DNA from: Desulfobacterales bacterium
GTDB taxonomy: Bacteria; Desulfobacterota; Desulfobacteria; Desulfobacterales; UBA2245
Direction of reading: 5' to 3'
Length of the DNA: 64,000 nucleotides
Assembly (NCBI GenBank): GCA_040771865.1
Contig: JAXGZF010000005.1
Span: 310,001 to 374,000, forward strand
Shown: positions 29,579 through 38,693 of the stretch, one piece after another
Layout of the letters: every line of letters starts with the position of its first letter
How positions within the stretch are numbered: the first letter of the stretch is position 1
The notes under the pieces: generated by a model
What the model was told of the DNA's origin: nothing
Database searches by the model: none
What the model saw: only the letters and a program-made list of their open reading frames with translations
Made by a program: the position numbers and the translations under genes

Positions 29579-30400
29579 ATGAACTTTGTTCCGAAACTGA
29601 TACACGACGAAAGAGAGGTTCGACAACCGCCCTACTGGTTCCTGTTCCAAAATGAACGGCTGCTGATCCATGAAACCGGACCGGCCTTTTCGATTCCCTG
29701 CATTCCGGATCCCACGCTGATCGATTTGACGGTTCTTCATCGCCGGCATATCGGGCAGATCAATGGCCGACCCTGTTATTCGGCTGCGCTTGCCGAAAAC
29801 GCTTCTCCCCCTGAAGGAATGCGGTTCGAGGCTTTGCGCAAGCTTTTTTCCTGCCTGGACGAACCTCTGACCGTTGCTGCTGGCCGCGCGGCCGAACTTC
29901 TCCGATGGGACCAGACGAACCAGTACTGCGGCCGCTGCAAAACGCCGACCCAACACCATCCGACCGAACTCGCCCGTATCTGCCCGCAGTGCAACCTGAT
30001 TGTCTATCCGCGCATCTCGCCGGCGGTCATTGTCGCTGTCATACGGGGCGATGAAATTCTTCTGGTGAGAACCCGGCGGCATGGCCCGGGTCGTTTCAGC
30101 GTAGTCTCGGGATTTGTTGAACCGGGAGAAACCCTGGAACAGTGTGTGGAACGCGAGGTTATGGAGGAAACGGGAATTGCCGTGAAGGATCTTTACTATT
30201 TCGGCAGTCAGGCCTGGCCCTTTCCGGACTCTCTGATGCTCGGATTCACCGCCGGTTATGCCGGGGGCGAGGTTATGGCCGACGGTTCAGAGATTCTGGA
30301 AGCAGGATGGTTTTCCGCCGGCAATCTTCCCCTGCTTCCCGAACCGGTGACGATCTCCCGGCGCCTGATCGACTGGTTTGCAGGCCGGTATCCTGCATAA
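29579..30400 (+). CDS. nudC: NAD(+)/NADH diphosphatase NudC
   Basis: CxxC...CxxC zinc ribbon, YPRISPAVIV, Nudix box GFVEPGETLEQCVEREVMEETG and SQAWPFPDSLM. Confidence 0.96.
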   Translation: MNFVPKLIHDEREVRQPPYWFLFQNERLLIHETGPAFSIPCIPDPTLIDLTVLHRRHIGQINGRPCYSAALAENASPPEGMRFEALRKLFSCLDEPLTVAAGRAAELLRWDQTNQYCGRCKTPTQHHPTELARICPQCNLIVYPRISPAVIVAVIRGDEILLVRTRRHGPGRFSVVSGFVEPGETLEQCVEREVMEETGIAVKDLYYFGSQAWPFPDSLMLGFTAGYAGGEVMADGSEILEAGWFSAGNLPLLPEPVTISRRLIDWFAGRYPA

Positions 30401-30426
30401 AACATCTTAACCAGGACTCGGTTTGT

Positions 30427-31182
30427 ATGAGAGCGCTTAAAGAACATCCCTCGAATATCGCACGCGCTGCCGAGCGTTACATCGAATCGATGCAGGCGGC
30501 TGATAATGTGTCGCCCGGTTTTCCCCAGGTGCTTTATCTGTTTATTGAATACTTGAGTCTTCATATAGAGGAAAAAACGGCACACAATCCGGACCGCATT
30601 CTTTGCAGCAACTGGGCGCAGTGCTCAGCGAAAATTATTTCCAGTTTCACTGACCACTGGATGCCGCAGGTGATTCTCAACCACGTCCTGGCGATTCATG
30701 CCCCGTCTATACTGCGCAGATGGATGATATGGTGCTATAAACAGGGTTATTTCCCCCGATCGTCCTTGAAAAATTATCTCAGCGTTCTTCCCAGGGAAAA
30801 GGGCAGGGATATTGAACGGCTTATCAGGGCCGGAGAACTGCTTCATGAACTCCATTGCCCGGACAAGGCTTTGTGGAAAGAAAAACGCGACAAGGTGATT
30901 CAACTGAATCTCAGAAAATCGCCCCAGGAAGAAATGTCCGGCCGCATGATCCTTACGGCGCTGAATGTGGATAAAGCCTTTTTTCGAACTCAAGAAGGCA
31001 TGGCCGTGGGACCAGTTCTGCTCGGCAAACCCCTGGTCCGGCTTTTAAAAATCGGGGATATTTTACAGGTTGAAATCGCACGTTTCGGCGCCTGCTGGCA
31101 TGTTCTCAACAGCGGCGCTGTGTTTGCCGGGGATGCCGTATTTGCCCGAACGTTTTTCGTCAACACCGAACCGGAGCCTTAG
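30427..31182 (+). CDS. Hypothetical protein, paralog of 28695-29471
   Basis: ATG 30427 lies 26 nt after the nudC stop, and similarity to the 28695 ORF begins immediately after it. Confidence 0.85.
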   Translation: MRALKEHPSNIARAAERYIESMQAADNVSPGFPQVLYLFIEYLSLHIEEKTAHNPDRILCSNWAQCSAKIISSFTDHWMPQVILNHVLAIHAPSILRRWMIWCYKQGYFPRSSLKNYLSVLPREKGRDIERLIRAGELLHELHCPDKALWKEKRDKVIQLNLRKSPQEEMSGRMILTALNVDKAFFRTQEGMAVGPVLLGKPLVRLLKIGDILQVEIARFGACWHVLNSGAVFAGDAVFARTFFVNTEPEP

Positions 31183-31496
31183 ATTCTGTTGCATCAATGG
31201 CATTCCTGAACCGATACGTCCGTTCAGGGGTGCGGCTTACCGATGCTTTTCGCGATTCCGGTTTTTTTTCCTCAGCACGATGTTTGAAAAAGCTCCTATC
31301 CGGTTTTGCGTCATTCCGCTTCAGATGAAATTCTTCAGCGGTACTGATCGCACTCGCTTTTCTCAATTCATTACGCACAATAGATAATGACAAATATGCA
31401 ATAAAACAACCTTTTACAAACAAAAGTGTTTGTTTGTTCTAAGACCTGCGACTGTTTAAATTTAGTAACTATTTGATAAAACAATTAATATGTGTT

Positions 31497-31513
31497 TTGG
31501 CAAGTCCTTTGCA
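31497..31513 (+). promoter_or_regulatory. Sigma54 promoter of amtB-glnK
   Basis: TTGGCAAGTCCTTTGCA is GG-N10-GC, about 70 nt upstream of amtB and preceded by AT-rich DNA. Fits known RpoN control of nitrogen genes. Confidence 0.85.
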
Positions 31514-31585
31514 GTAAGTGCGGTTGAAGACTGAAGATCGGTTGAAGACTCAAATTTATTGACTGTAAAAGGAGGTTGCAAGAGC

Positions 31586-32803
31586 ATGATGAATTCCGGG
31601 GATACGGCCTTTATGCTTGTTTCGGCCGCGCTGGTTATGTTCATGACGCCGGGTCTGGCGCTTTTTTACGGCGGCATGGTTCGGTCGAAAAACGTGTTGG
31701 CCACCATTGTTCAGAGCTTCATCTGTCTTGGCGTGATATCCATCATCTGGGTTTTTTATGGGTATTCTTTGGCCTTTGGTCCGGATGTAAAGAGTGTCAT
31801 CGGAAATCTGGACTGGGCATTTCTCAGGAAGGTTGGGAGCTTATCGGGCCCTTATGCCGAAAACATTCCGCATCTGGTGTTTTGCGCCTTTCAGTTGATG
31901 TTTGCCGTTATTACACCAGCCCTGATCACGGGGGCTTTTGCGGAAAGAATGAAATTTTCCGCGTTTCTGCTTTTCAGCATCCTGTGGACCACACTGGTCT
32001 ATCTGCCGATATGTCACTGGGTCTGGGGCGGCGGGTGGATTGGAAAACTCGGCGCTCTTGATTTCGCCGGTGGAACGGTTATTCACATCAACTCCGGCGT
32101 CGCGGCGCTTGTATGCGCCCTGATGATCGGAAAACGAAGGGGCTGGCGGCGGGATATCTTCATGCCGAACAACCTGTCCATGACCGTGCTGGGCGCGAGC
32201 ATCCTGTGGTTTGGGTGGTTCGGATTTAATGCGGGCAGCGCTCTTTCCGCGGGCGAAACCGCTGCAGTGGCGTTTTTTACCACCCAGGTTTCCGCCGGGG
32301 CAGCGGCGGTATCCTGGGTTATTACCGAGTGGGTTCTTCACGGCAAGCCCACGACGCTGGGGGCGGCCTCCGGCGCAGTGGCCGGTCTGGTGGCCATTAC
32401 CCCCGCCGCGGGTTTTGTCGGCCCGGTTCCAGCCGTCCTGATCGGGCTTGTCGCGGGCACCTTATGCTATGTTGCGATCATGCTGAAAAACCATTTTGGT
32501 TATGACGATGCCCTGGACGTGGTGGCTGTTCATGGCGTGGGCGGTTTCTGGGGTTCTGTGGCAACAGGCCTTTTTGCCTCTACAGCCATCAACTCAGCAG
32601 GGGCTGACGGGTTGGTTTACGGAAACCCGAAACTGGTCGTTATTCAGATCGTGGGCGCTTTTGGCGCCATGACATATTGCGCACTGATGACCTTTGTCAT
32701 CATGAAACTTATCAAGGCCTTCGTGGGAATTCGGGTTTCCGAAGAAGAGGAGGTGCAGGGTCTGGATCTTTGTCAGCACAGCGAAGTTGGCTATAGCTTA
32801 TAA
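31586..32803 (+). CDS. amtB: Ammonium transporter
   Basis: MTPGLALFYGG, FQLMFAVITPAL, DFAGGTVIH, WFGWFGFNAGS and DDALDVVAVHG motifs. Confidence 0.97.
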   Translation: MMNSGDTAFMLVSAALVMFMTPGLALFYGGMVRSKNVLATIVQSFICLGVISIIWVFYGYSLAFGPDVKSVIGNLDWAFLRKVGSLSGPYAENIPHLVFCAFQLMFAVITPALITGAFAERMKFSAFLLFSILWTTLVYLPICHWVWGGGWIGKLGALDFAGGTVIHINSGVAALVCALMIGKRRGWRRDIFMPNNLSMTVLGASILWFGWFGFNAGSALSAGETAAVAFFTTQVSAGAAAVSWVITEWVLHGKPTTLGAASGAVAGLVAITPAAGFVGPVPAVLIGLVAGTLCYVAIMLKNHFGYDDALDVVAVHGVGGFWGSVATGLFASTAINSAGADGLVYGNPKLVVIQIVGAFGAMTYCALMTFVIMKLIKAFVGIRVSEEEEVQGLDLCQHSEVGYSL

Positions 32804-33160
<357 letters not shown>

Positions 33161-33173
33161 CAGCCCGTAGTGA

Positions 33174-33202
33174 AAAAGCCGGGGGATATTCCTCCGGCTT
33201 TT
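33174..33202. terminator. Probable bidirectional terminator
   Basis: AAAAGCCGGGGGA-TAT-TCCTCCGGCTTTT between convergent genes. Confidence 0.75.
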
Positions 33203-33269
33203 ATTCAAACTCGAACCTCATCGAATGACCACTCGTTCAAAAGAATTCGTGCAATGGATTCGACGTTGG

Positions 33270-34754
33270 TCACCAGTTGTAGATGATTTCCCATTGATCT
33301 TCAAAAGCCGGATCACTTAGGCTGTACTGAAAGAACTGCGTTTTTCCGGTACCCGGTCCGGCGCCCGAATCTTTTTCCCAGTAGCGCTGAACGATAGCGG
33401 GCAGCGGACGATTCTGTTTCCCGTTACCGAAACTTTCTTCTGAGGGTCTGAGCCAGATTTCCTTTTCTTCGATGACCTTCCACATTCTTCCCGTTTTTTT
33501 GTTTCGAAGCATTTCCCCCACATGGGGAAGTCCTTTCTGGGCACGCAGATCCTTGAATCGATAAGGCGACTGATCTCCGTAATCCAGAATTTTTTCACCG
33601 AGAATCTGGGTCGCTATCGCACCGATCGGAGCGGTGAGCAGAATGGACAGGACGGCCACGGCCAGAATCACCTCGCCCGAGGCCATTCCGGCCGCCAGAG
33701 GAACGGCACCGATGGCGGCCTGTACCGTTGCCTTGGGAACGTAGGCCACCACGCAGAATATCTTTTCTTTCCAGTTCAGGGGAGTTCCGAACAGGGAAAC
33801 CCAGGTGCCGACGCTTCTGAAAATCAGGCCGAAGAGGATTACCAGGCTGCCGGCAAGCCCGGCTTTCAAGGCGACTTGAATGTTGACCTGGGCACCGACC
33901 AGAACAAAAAGCAGAAGCTCGGCGAACACCCAGAGCTTTTTCAGCTTCTGCGAGATGATATGGGCGATGGCTTCTGATTTTTCGAGGATGATGAAGCCGA
34001 TGGACATTACGCCCACCAGGCTTGCCATGGGAATGATCCCGTGCCCGATTTCTTCCATCCAGGTGAGGGTGATGGCAACCCCCATCACCAGCAGAGTTCG
34101 CTTGGGCGGGCGCCAGTCGTATCGGCAGAAGAGTCGATAAAGACCATATCCGGCCAGCAGTCCGATGGCGACGCCGACGAGAATGGATACCGGAATTTCG
34201 GCAAGCTGAACGACAAGACGGTTTTCCTGGCCATTGTGCATGCCGAGAAAAGAGGTGAACAGCACAATGACGAAGACGTCGTCAAGGGAGGAGGCGCCCA
34301 GTATCAGGGTCGGAATTCCCTTCTTGGCGCCTCGGCCGCGATCCATAAAATCGATCATCAGAGGGACGACCACCGCCGGCGATACGGCGGCCAGAATGCA
34401 CCCCAGTATGGCTGCGTCCAGCAGGGTGATGTTCAGCAGGGCCGGTGCGATCAGCATAATTCCGAAAATTTCGAAAACCGCCGGAACACAGCTCATGATC
34501 AGTGCCGCGCGTCCGACCAAGTGCAGGGTGTCGCGGCGAAGTTCAAATCCGGCGCGCAGGAGAATGACGATCAGGGCGATCTTGCGAAGGTCTCCCGATA
34601 CTGTCATCATTTCCGGTGAAATAAGTTCCAGGGCATAGGGTCCTGCCAGAATTCCGACCAGCAGCATACCGACCAGTCCGGGAAGTCTCAATTTTCTGAA
34701 AAGGTGGTCTGAGAGCAGTCCCAGAATGATGATTGCCGCCAAACTGAAAGCCAT
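33270..34754 (-). CDS. Cation:proton antiporter with soluble C-terminal extension
   Basis: IILLRAG-type motif (VILLRAGF), AAVSPAVVVP, SSLDDV and PKATVQAAIG (NHA/CPA-type). Confidence 0.92.
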   Translation of the reverse strand: MAFSLAAIIILGLLSDHLFRKLRLPGLVGMLLVGILAGPYALELISPEMMTVSGDLRKIALIVILLRAGFELRRDTLHLVGRAALIMSCVPAVFEIFGIMLIAPALLNITLLDAAILGCILAAVSPAVVVPLMIDFMDRGRGAKKGIPTLILGASSLDDVFVIVLFTSFLGMHNGQENRLVVQLAEIPVSILVGVAIGLLAGYGLYRLFCRYDWRPPKRTLLVMGVAITLTWMEEIGHGIIPMASLVGVMSIGFIILEKSEAIAHIISQKLKKLWVFAELLLFVLVGAQVNIQVALKAGLAGSLVILFGLIFRSVGTWVSLFGTPLNWKEKIFCVVAYVPKATVQAAIGAVPLAAGMASGEVILAVAVLSILLTAPIGAIATQILGEKILDYGDQSPYRFKDLRAQKGLPHVGEMLRNKKTGRMWKVIEEKEIWLRPSEESFGNGKQNRPLPAIVQRYWEKDSGAGPGTGKTQFFQYSLSDPAFEDQWEIIYNW

Positions 34755-35079
34755 GTTAAAACCCTTTCCGCCTGTTCCTTTTCCGATTGGGGCGTTTTAT
34801 AATCGCTGGACGATCGAGTCAAGCCGATTTCCAGGCCGAATCAATAAAGATTCTGATCGTATTGAAAAAACGGAACAGATGCGGGATGTTAAAACATTTC
34901 GAAGAAGTGTGTGGGCAGGATGGGGGATTCCATTGTTTTGATATGATTCCGCCGGGCTTGAAAATCGGACCGTTCAAGACCGGCTGTCAGACCCAATAAA
35001 AAGTCCGGCCTGCGCCTGAGACAAACCGAACTTGTCAGCGGGTTTGAGAATTGAATTCTGGATATGAAACGAATTGGAT

Positions 35080-35586
35080 TCAGAACATTTTTTCTACTGC
35101 CAGCTTCATGTCCTTCCAATTAAACCGCTTGGCCAGGTCCACGGCCTCGCTTTCAGAATTCTCCTGGTATGAGATGGTGAAAATCGCGCCCTGAGTTTCT
35201 TTCTGGGTCAGGAAAACCGTCACATTGCCGGAATTTTCCTGTTTATCGTGAACACTGTAGACCTTGAATCCGTCAATCTGGCGCATATTCATGACCGAAT
35301 CATCGGATTCGGCATGCATGGTTTCCATCGGGCCCTGGGGCATCGCCTGATTGCCGATCATGATCATGGCCTCAAGTTCCCCGGAATTTCGGGAATAACT
35401 TCTAACAACGTTGATCATTTTATATGCGCCCATGTCCATATTCATGCCTTCGGCCGGCTCCGCGTTCCAGCCTTTCAGATCAATCAGCAACGGGATGAGC
35501 TGGTGATAATCTTGGGCGCTGACGAAGACCGGCGCTACGGTTAGGGCAAAAGCAAGCAGCAGGACGGCACTTTTGAATCGATTCAT
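35080..35586 (-). CDS. Hypothetical exported protein
   Basis: Signal peptide ending VSA-Q; AGGAG upstream. Confidence 0.8.
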   Translation of the reverse strand: MNRFKSAVLLLAFALTVAPVFVSAQDYHQLIPLLIDLKGWNAEPAEGMNMDMGAYKMINVVRSYSRNSGELEAMIMIGNQAMPQGPMETMHAESDDSVMNMRQIDGFKVYSVHDKQENSGNVTVFLTQKETQGAIFTISYQENSESEAVDLAKRFNWKDMKLAVEKMF

Positions 35587-35942
35587 ATCCTTCTCCTGTG
35601 GTTTTGATATGTGTTTATCTGGAATTATTTATGAGAAAAAAACTATAATTGATTTTCATGCGGAGTTCCAGAAAAACTCACCGGCCCGCTTGAAAGCGTG
35701 CGGTGCATACGGAAGCATGAGCGTACTTTGCCGGTTTGGTTTGCCAGTGTTTCCGCTCATGGCGATCATCGGGTTTCCGACTAATGAGCGGTGCGCCTTC
35801 ATATCGGCCGGAATATGCATGGCGCCGCAACCGTGGATGTTTTACCAGACGATCTGATCATGCACCAGTAACTTTGCGCAAGAATCCTGACAGATCCTCG
35901 AAAAAGAAAGGGGCGGATGGTCCGCCCCAATTTCGATACGGA

Positions 35943-36395
35943 TTATCGAATACGACGAAATCCTTCGCCCCGACGGCATTTCCGGGCTTCCCTCCACCGG
36001 TCTTCTCCGCTTCCCAGAGAGGGGTCGATTTTTTTGATTTCAAGACGGTGCTCCAGCCACATCTGGTCCATTTTACCGTTGAGCTCTGAAATTTCTTTCT
36101 GAACCGAAGCCGCTGTGGCCGCATCCGGAATTTTTTTGGCCAGTTCGGCTCTCAGGAAAAGCTTTTTTTCATGAAGCTGCTGGCGAATATCCCGGGTTTC
36201 AGAATAAAAGTTCGCTCTTTCTTCATTCAATTTCTGAATCTGTTCATCGGTTAATTGGATTCCTTTCATATGGGGACATCGGCTATGCCATTCCCGGTCA
36301 TCTCCTCGCCGATCGGCAGCGGCCACGGCCGCTGAACCGATGATGGCAAGGACGGCCAGCAGGGCCAGAAACTTTCCTGTTATTAATTTCTTCAT
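35943..36395 (-). CDS. ZraP/Spy/CpxP-like periplasmic protein
   Basis: RBS AGGAGGT, signal peptide, LTDEQ motif, and helical ETRDIRQQL...PDAATAASVQKEISEL. Confidence 0.85.
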   Translation of the reverse strand: MKKLITGKFLALLAVLAIIGSAAVAAADRRGDDREWHSRCPHMKGIQLTDEQIQKLNEERANFYSETRDIRQQLHEKKLFLRAELAKKIPDAATAASVQKEISELNGKMDQMWLEHRLEIKKIDPSLGSGEDRWREARKCRRGEGFRRIR

Positions 36396-36447
36396 TTCAT
36401 ACCTCCTTTTTTGAAAGCGATTGAATGACCTTTTGATTTTAGAGATT

Positions 36448-36463
36448 AGCAACGGGCGTGCCA
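36448..36463 (-). promoter_or_regulatory. Sigma54 promoter of the zraP-like gene
   Basis: Minus strand TGGCACGCCCGTTGCT is a near-perfect -24/-12 consensus, 52 nt upstream of ATG 36395. Confidence 0.9.
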
Positions 36464-36547
36464 TGGTGAAAAAATAAGCTAACACATTGAAATAAAAACA
36501 AAAAATCATTTAAACTACAAAGGCTGACCCGATATCGATGGAGAAAC

Positions 36548-36605
36548 TGGATATTTTATATTCATTTTTGGGTTTGGATTGTAAAAACTGGATATAAAAT
36601 ACCCA
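36548..36605. promoter_or_regulatory. Tandem imperfect palindromes, probable enhancer for a sigma54 activator
   Basis: TGGATATTTTATATTCA (36548-36564) and TGGATATAAAATACCCA (36589-36605), both preceded by AAAC and 41 bp apart. Confidence 0.6.
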
Positions 36606-36977
36606 TATTGATCAGTAATCCGAGGAGGATGGAATCGTGAGCTCTGTTTGAAGTCGCTGAAAAGATTTCAGGAACCGATCCATTAAATGCGGGTCGGTCA
36701 GAAGACATGGAATCGGGGACGGAAGTATGTTCTTTGATCTCGCCTTTGGCCGGATATTACACGGTTTTTATTTGAAAAACATGTTGACAAAACGGGTTTG
36801 CGCTGTAAAGAAAACCGGTGAAAAGCCATTTTTCAGGATCGTTCTGAAATGAAAAAACGGTTTCGGTAGTGATTCAGAAGGCGGCCAATGATTTCAGCGG
36901 TCCTTGAATCCGCTAGATGGAAATAAAAGGTGTGACTGCTTTTCTGTTTTATGAACCAACGAAAATAAGCCAAAGAA

Positions 36978-37001
36978 TCAGCGCAATTTAAATTGCGCTG
37001 A
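36978..37001. promoter_or_regulatory. Perfect 24-bp palindrome just upstream of the pdxS RBS
   Basis: TCAGCGCAATTT/AAATTGCGCTGA, ending 9 nt before AGGAGG. Confidence 0.6.
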
Positions 37002-37020
37002 ATAGCTATCAGGAGGATTG

Positions 37021-37941
37021 ATGATGAATTCCGAAAAAACCGCCGACACCCGAACAGCAGACGACGCCGGCAAAAATCTGGTAAAAAGAGGGCTGGCCCA
37101 AATGCTTAAAGGCGGAGTTATCATGGATGTGGTTACGCCTGATCACGCTGTTATCGCAGAAAAAGCGGGTGCTGTTGCTGTGATGGCGCTGGAGAGGGTA
37201 CCGGCCGATATTCGTGCACACGGCGGCGTGGCCAGAATGTCTGATCCCGGACTGATCCGGGAAATCATGCAGGCTGTATCCATTCCCGTAATGGCCAAAT
37301 GCCGTATCGGTCATTTCGTCGAGGCACAGATTCTTGAAGCCATCGGTGTTGACTATATCGACGAGAGCGAGGTGCTGACGCCGGCTGACGAGATGTACCA
37401 TGTCAATAAACACAATTTCAAGATTCCGTTTGTCTGCGGGTGCCGCAATCTGGGCGAAGCACTGCGCCGCATCGGTGAAGGGGCGGCGATGATTCGAACC
37501 AAGGGCGAAGCCGGAACAGGCGATGTGGTGGAAGCGGTCCGTCATGCCCGGTCGGTTCTGGGTGAAATCCGAATGCTTCAAAACAAGGCGGATGAAGAAC
37601 TGATGAGCTACGCCAAAGAGATCGGTGCGCCTTTTGAGCTTGTCAAGGAAACCAAGGCTCTCGGACGACTGCCTGTAGTCAATTTTGCCGCAGGAGGAAT
37701 AGCGACCCCCGCTGACGCCGCTTTGATGATGCAGATCGGTGTGGACGGGGTGTTTGTGGGTTCCGGTATTTTCAAAAGCGGTGATCCGGCCAGACGTGCC
37801 AAAGCCATTGTGGAGGCGACAACCCATTATATGAATCCCGATATTCTGGCCAGAGTCAGTGAAAATCTGGGGGAACCCATGGTCGGGATAAATGTCGGCA
37901 GCCTGGATCCGAAAGAGCAGCTGGCTCAACGTGGATGGTAG
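37021..37941 (+). CDS. pdxS: Pyridoxal 5'-phosphate synthase lyase subunit
   Basis: [33 protein letters not shown] and [13 protein letters not shown] motifs. Confidence 0.98.
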   Translation: MMNSEKTADTRTADDAGKNLVKRGLAQMLKGGVIMDVVTPDHAVIAEKAGAVAVMALERVPADIRAHGGVARMSDPGLIREIMQAVSIPVMAKCRIGHFVEAQILEAIGVDYIDESEVLTPADEMYHVNKHNFKIPFVCGCRNLGEALRRIGEGAAMIRTKGEAGTGDVVEAVRHARSVLGEIRMLQNKADEELMSYAKEIGAPFELVKETKALGRLPVVNFAAGGIATPADAALMMQIGVDGVFVGSGIFKSGDPARRAKAIVEATTHYMNPDILARVSENLGEPMVGINVGSLDPKEQLAQRGW

Positions 37942-38044
37942 CACGGATTGAATTCCATGAAATCCTGAGGATTGATTTGCCAGGCCCTGTCGGCAATTCG
38001 GGATTAAACGGTTTTACTTTTGAAGAAGACAAGCGGAATGTAGC

Positions 38045-38629
38045 ATGAGGATCGGTGTATTGGCGCTCCAGGGGGCGTTCAGAGAACACATCGTGATATT
38101 GCGCCGGCTCGGCGTGGATGCTGTTGAGGTCAGACTGCCGGAAGAGTTGTGCGATATGGATGGATTGATCCTTCCCGGCGGCGAAAGCACCACCATTGGA
38201 AAACTTGCGGCGGCGTATGGCTTGATCGACTCCTTGAGGAGGTTTGCCCAGGACAGACCGGTCTGGGGGACCTGCGCGGGAATGATTCTAATGGCCAGAA
38301 AAATCGATTTAGACCAGCCGTGCTTAGGATTCATGAATATTGTGGTGCAAAGGAATGCCTTCGGCCGGCAGATGGACAGTTTTGTGGAGGATTTGCGGAT
38401 TAGCGTTTGGAAGGATTCTGGACAGCAGCCTTTCCCGGGCGTATTCATCCGGGCTCCCAAACTGATTGAAGCCGGCGAGGGGGTTGAGGTGATTGCACGC
38501 TTGGGTGACGGAACAGCTGTTGCAGCTCAGGAGGGAAAATGGCTGGCAACGGCTTTCCATCCGGAATTAACGCAAGACATGAGGTTTCATCAGTATTTTA
38601 CTGATATCATAATAGATAATCATAAATAA
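38045..38629 (+). CDS. pdxT: PLP synthase glutaminase subunit
   Basis: GVLALQGAFREH, PGGESTT, GTCAG, FIRAP and FHPEL motifs. Confidence 0.97.
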   Translation: MRIGVLALQGAFREHIVILRRLGVDAVEVRLPEELCDMDGLILPGGESTTIGKLAAAYGLIDSLRRFAQDRPVWGTCAGMILMARKIDLDQPCLGFMNIVVQRNAFGRQMDSFVEDLRISVWKDSGQQPFPGVFIRAPKLIEAGEGVEVIARLGDGTAVAAQEGKWLATAFHPELTQDMRFHQYFTDIIIDNHK

Positions 38630-38693
38630 CGGCGGGATCATAAATTCGGATACCGCACGGACCTTCGGCGCTGAAGCGTTCATCGGGGGAAAT

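Noticed and set aside
30142..30426. N-terminal 95 aa of the 346-aa ORF in the track
   Set aside because: It overlaps nudC in another frame, and similarity to the paralog starts at ATG 30427.
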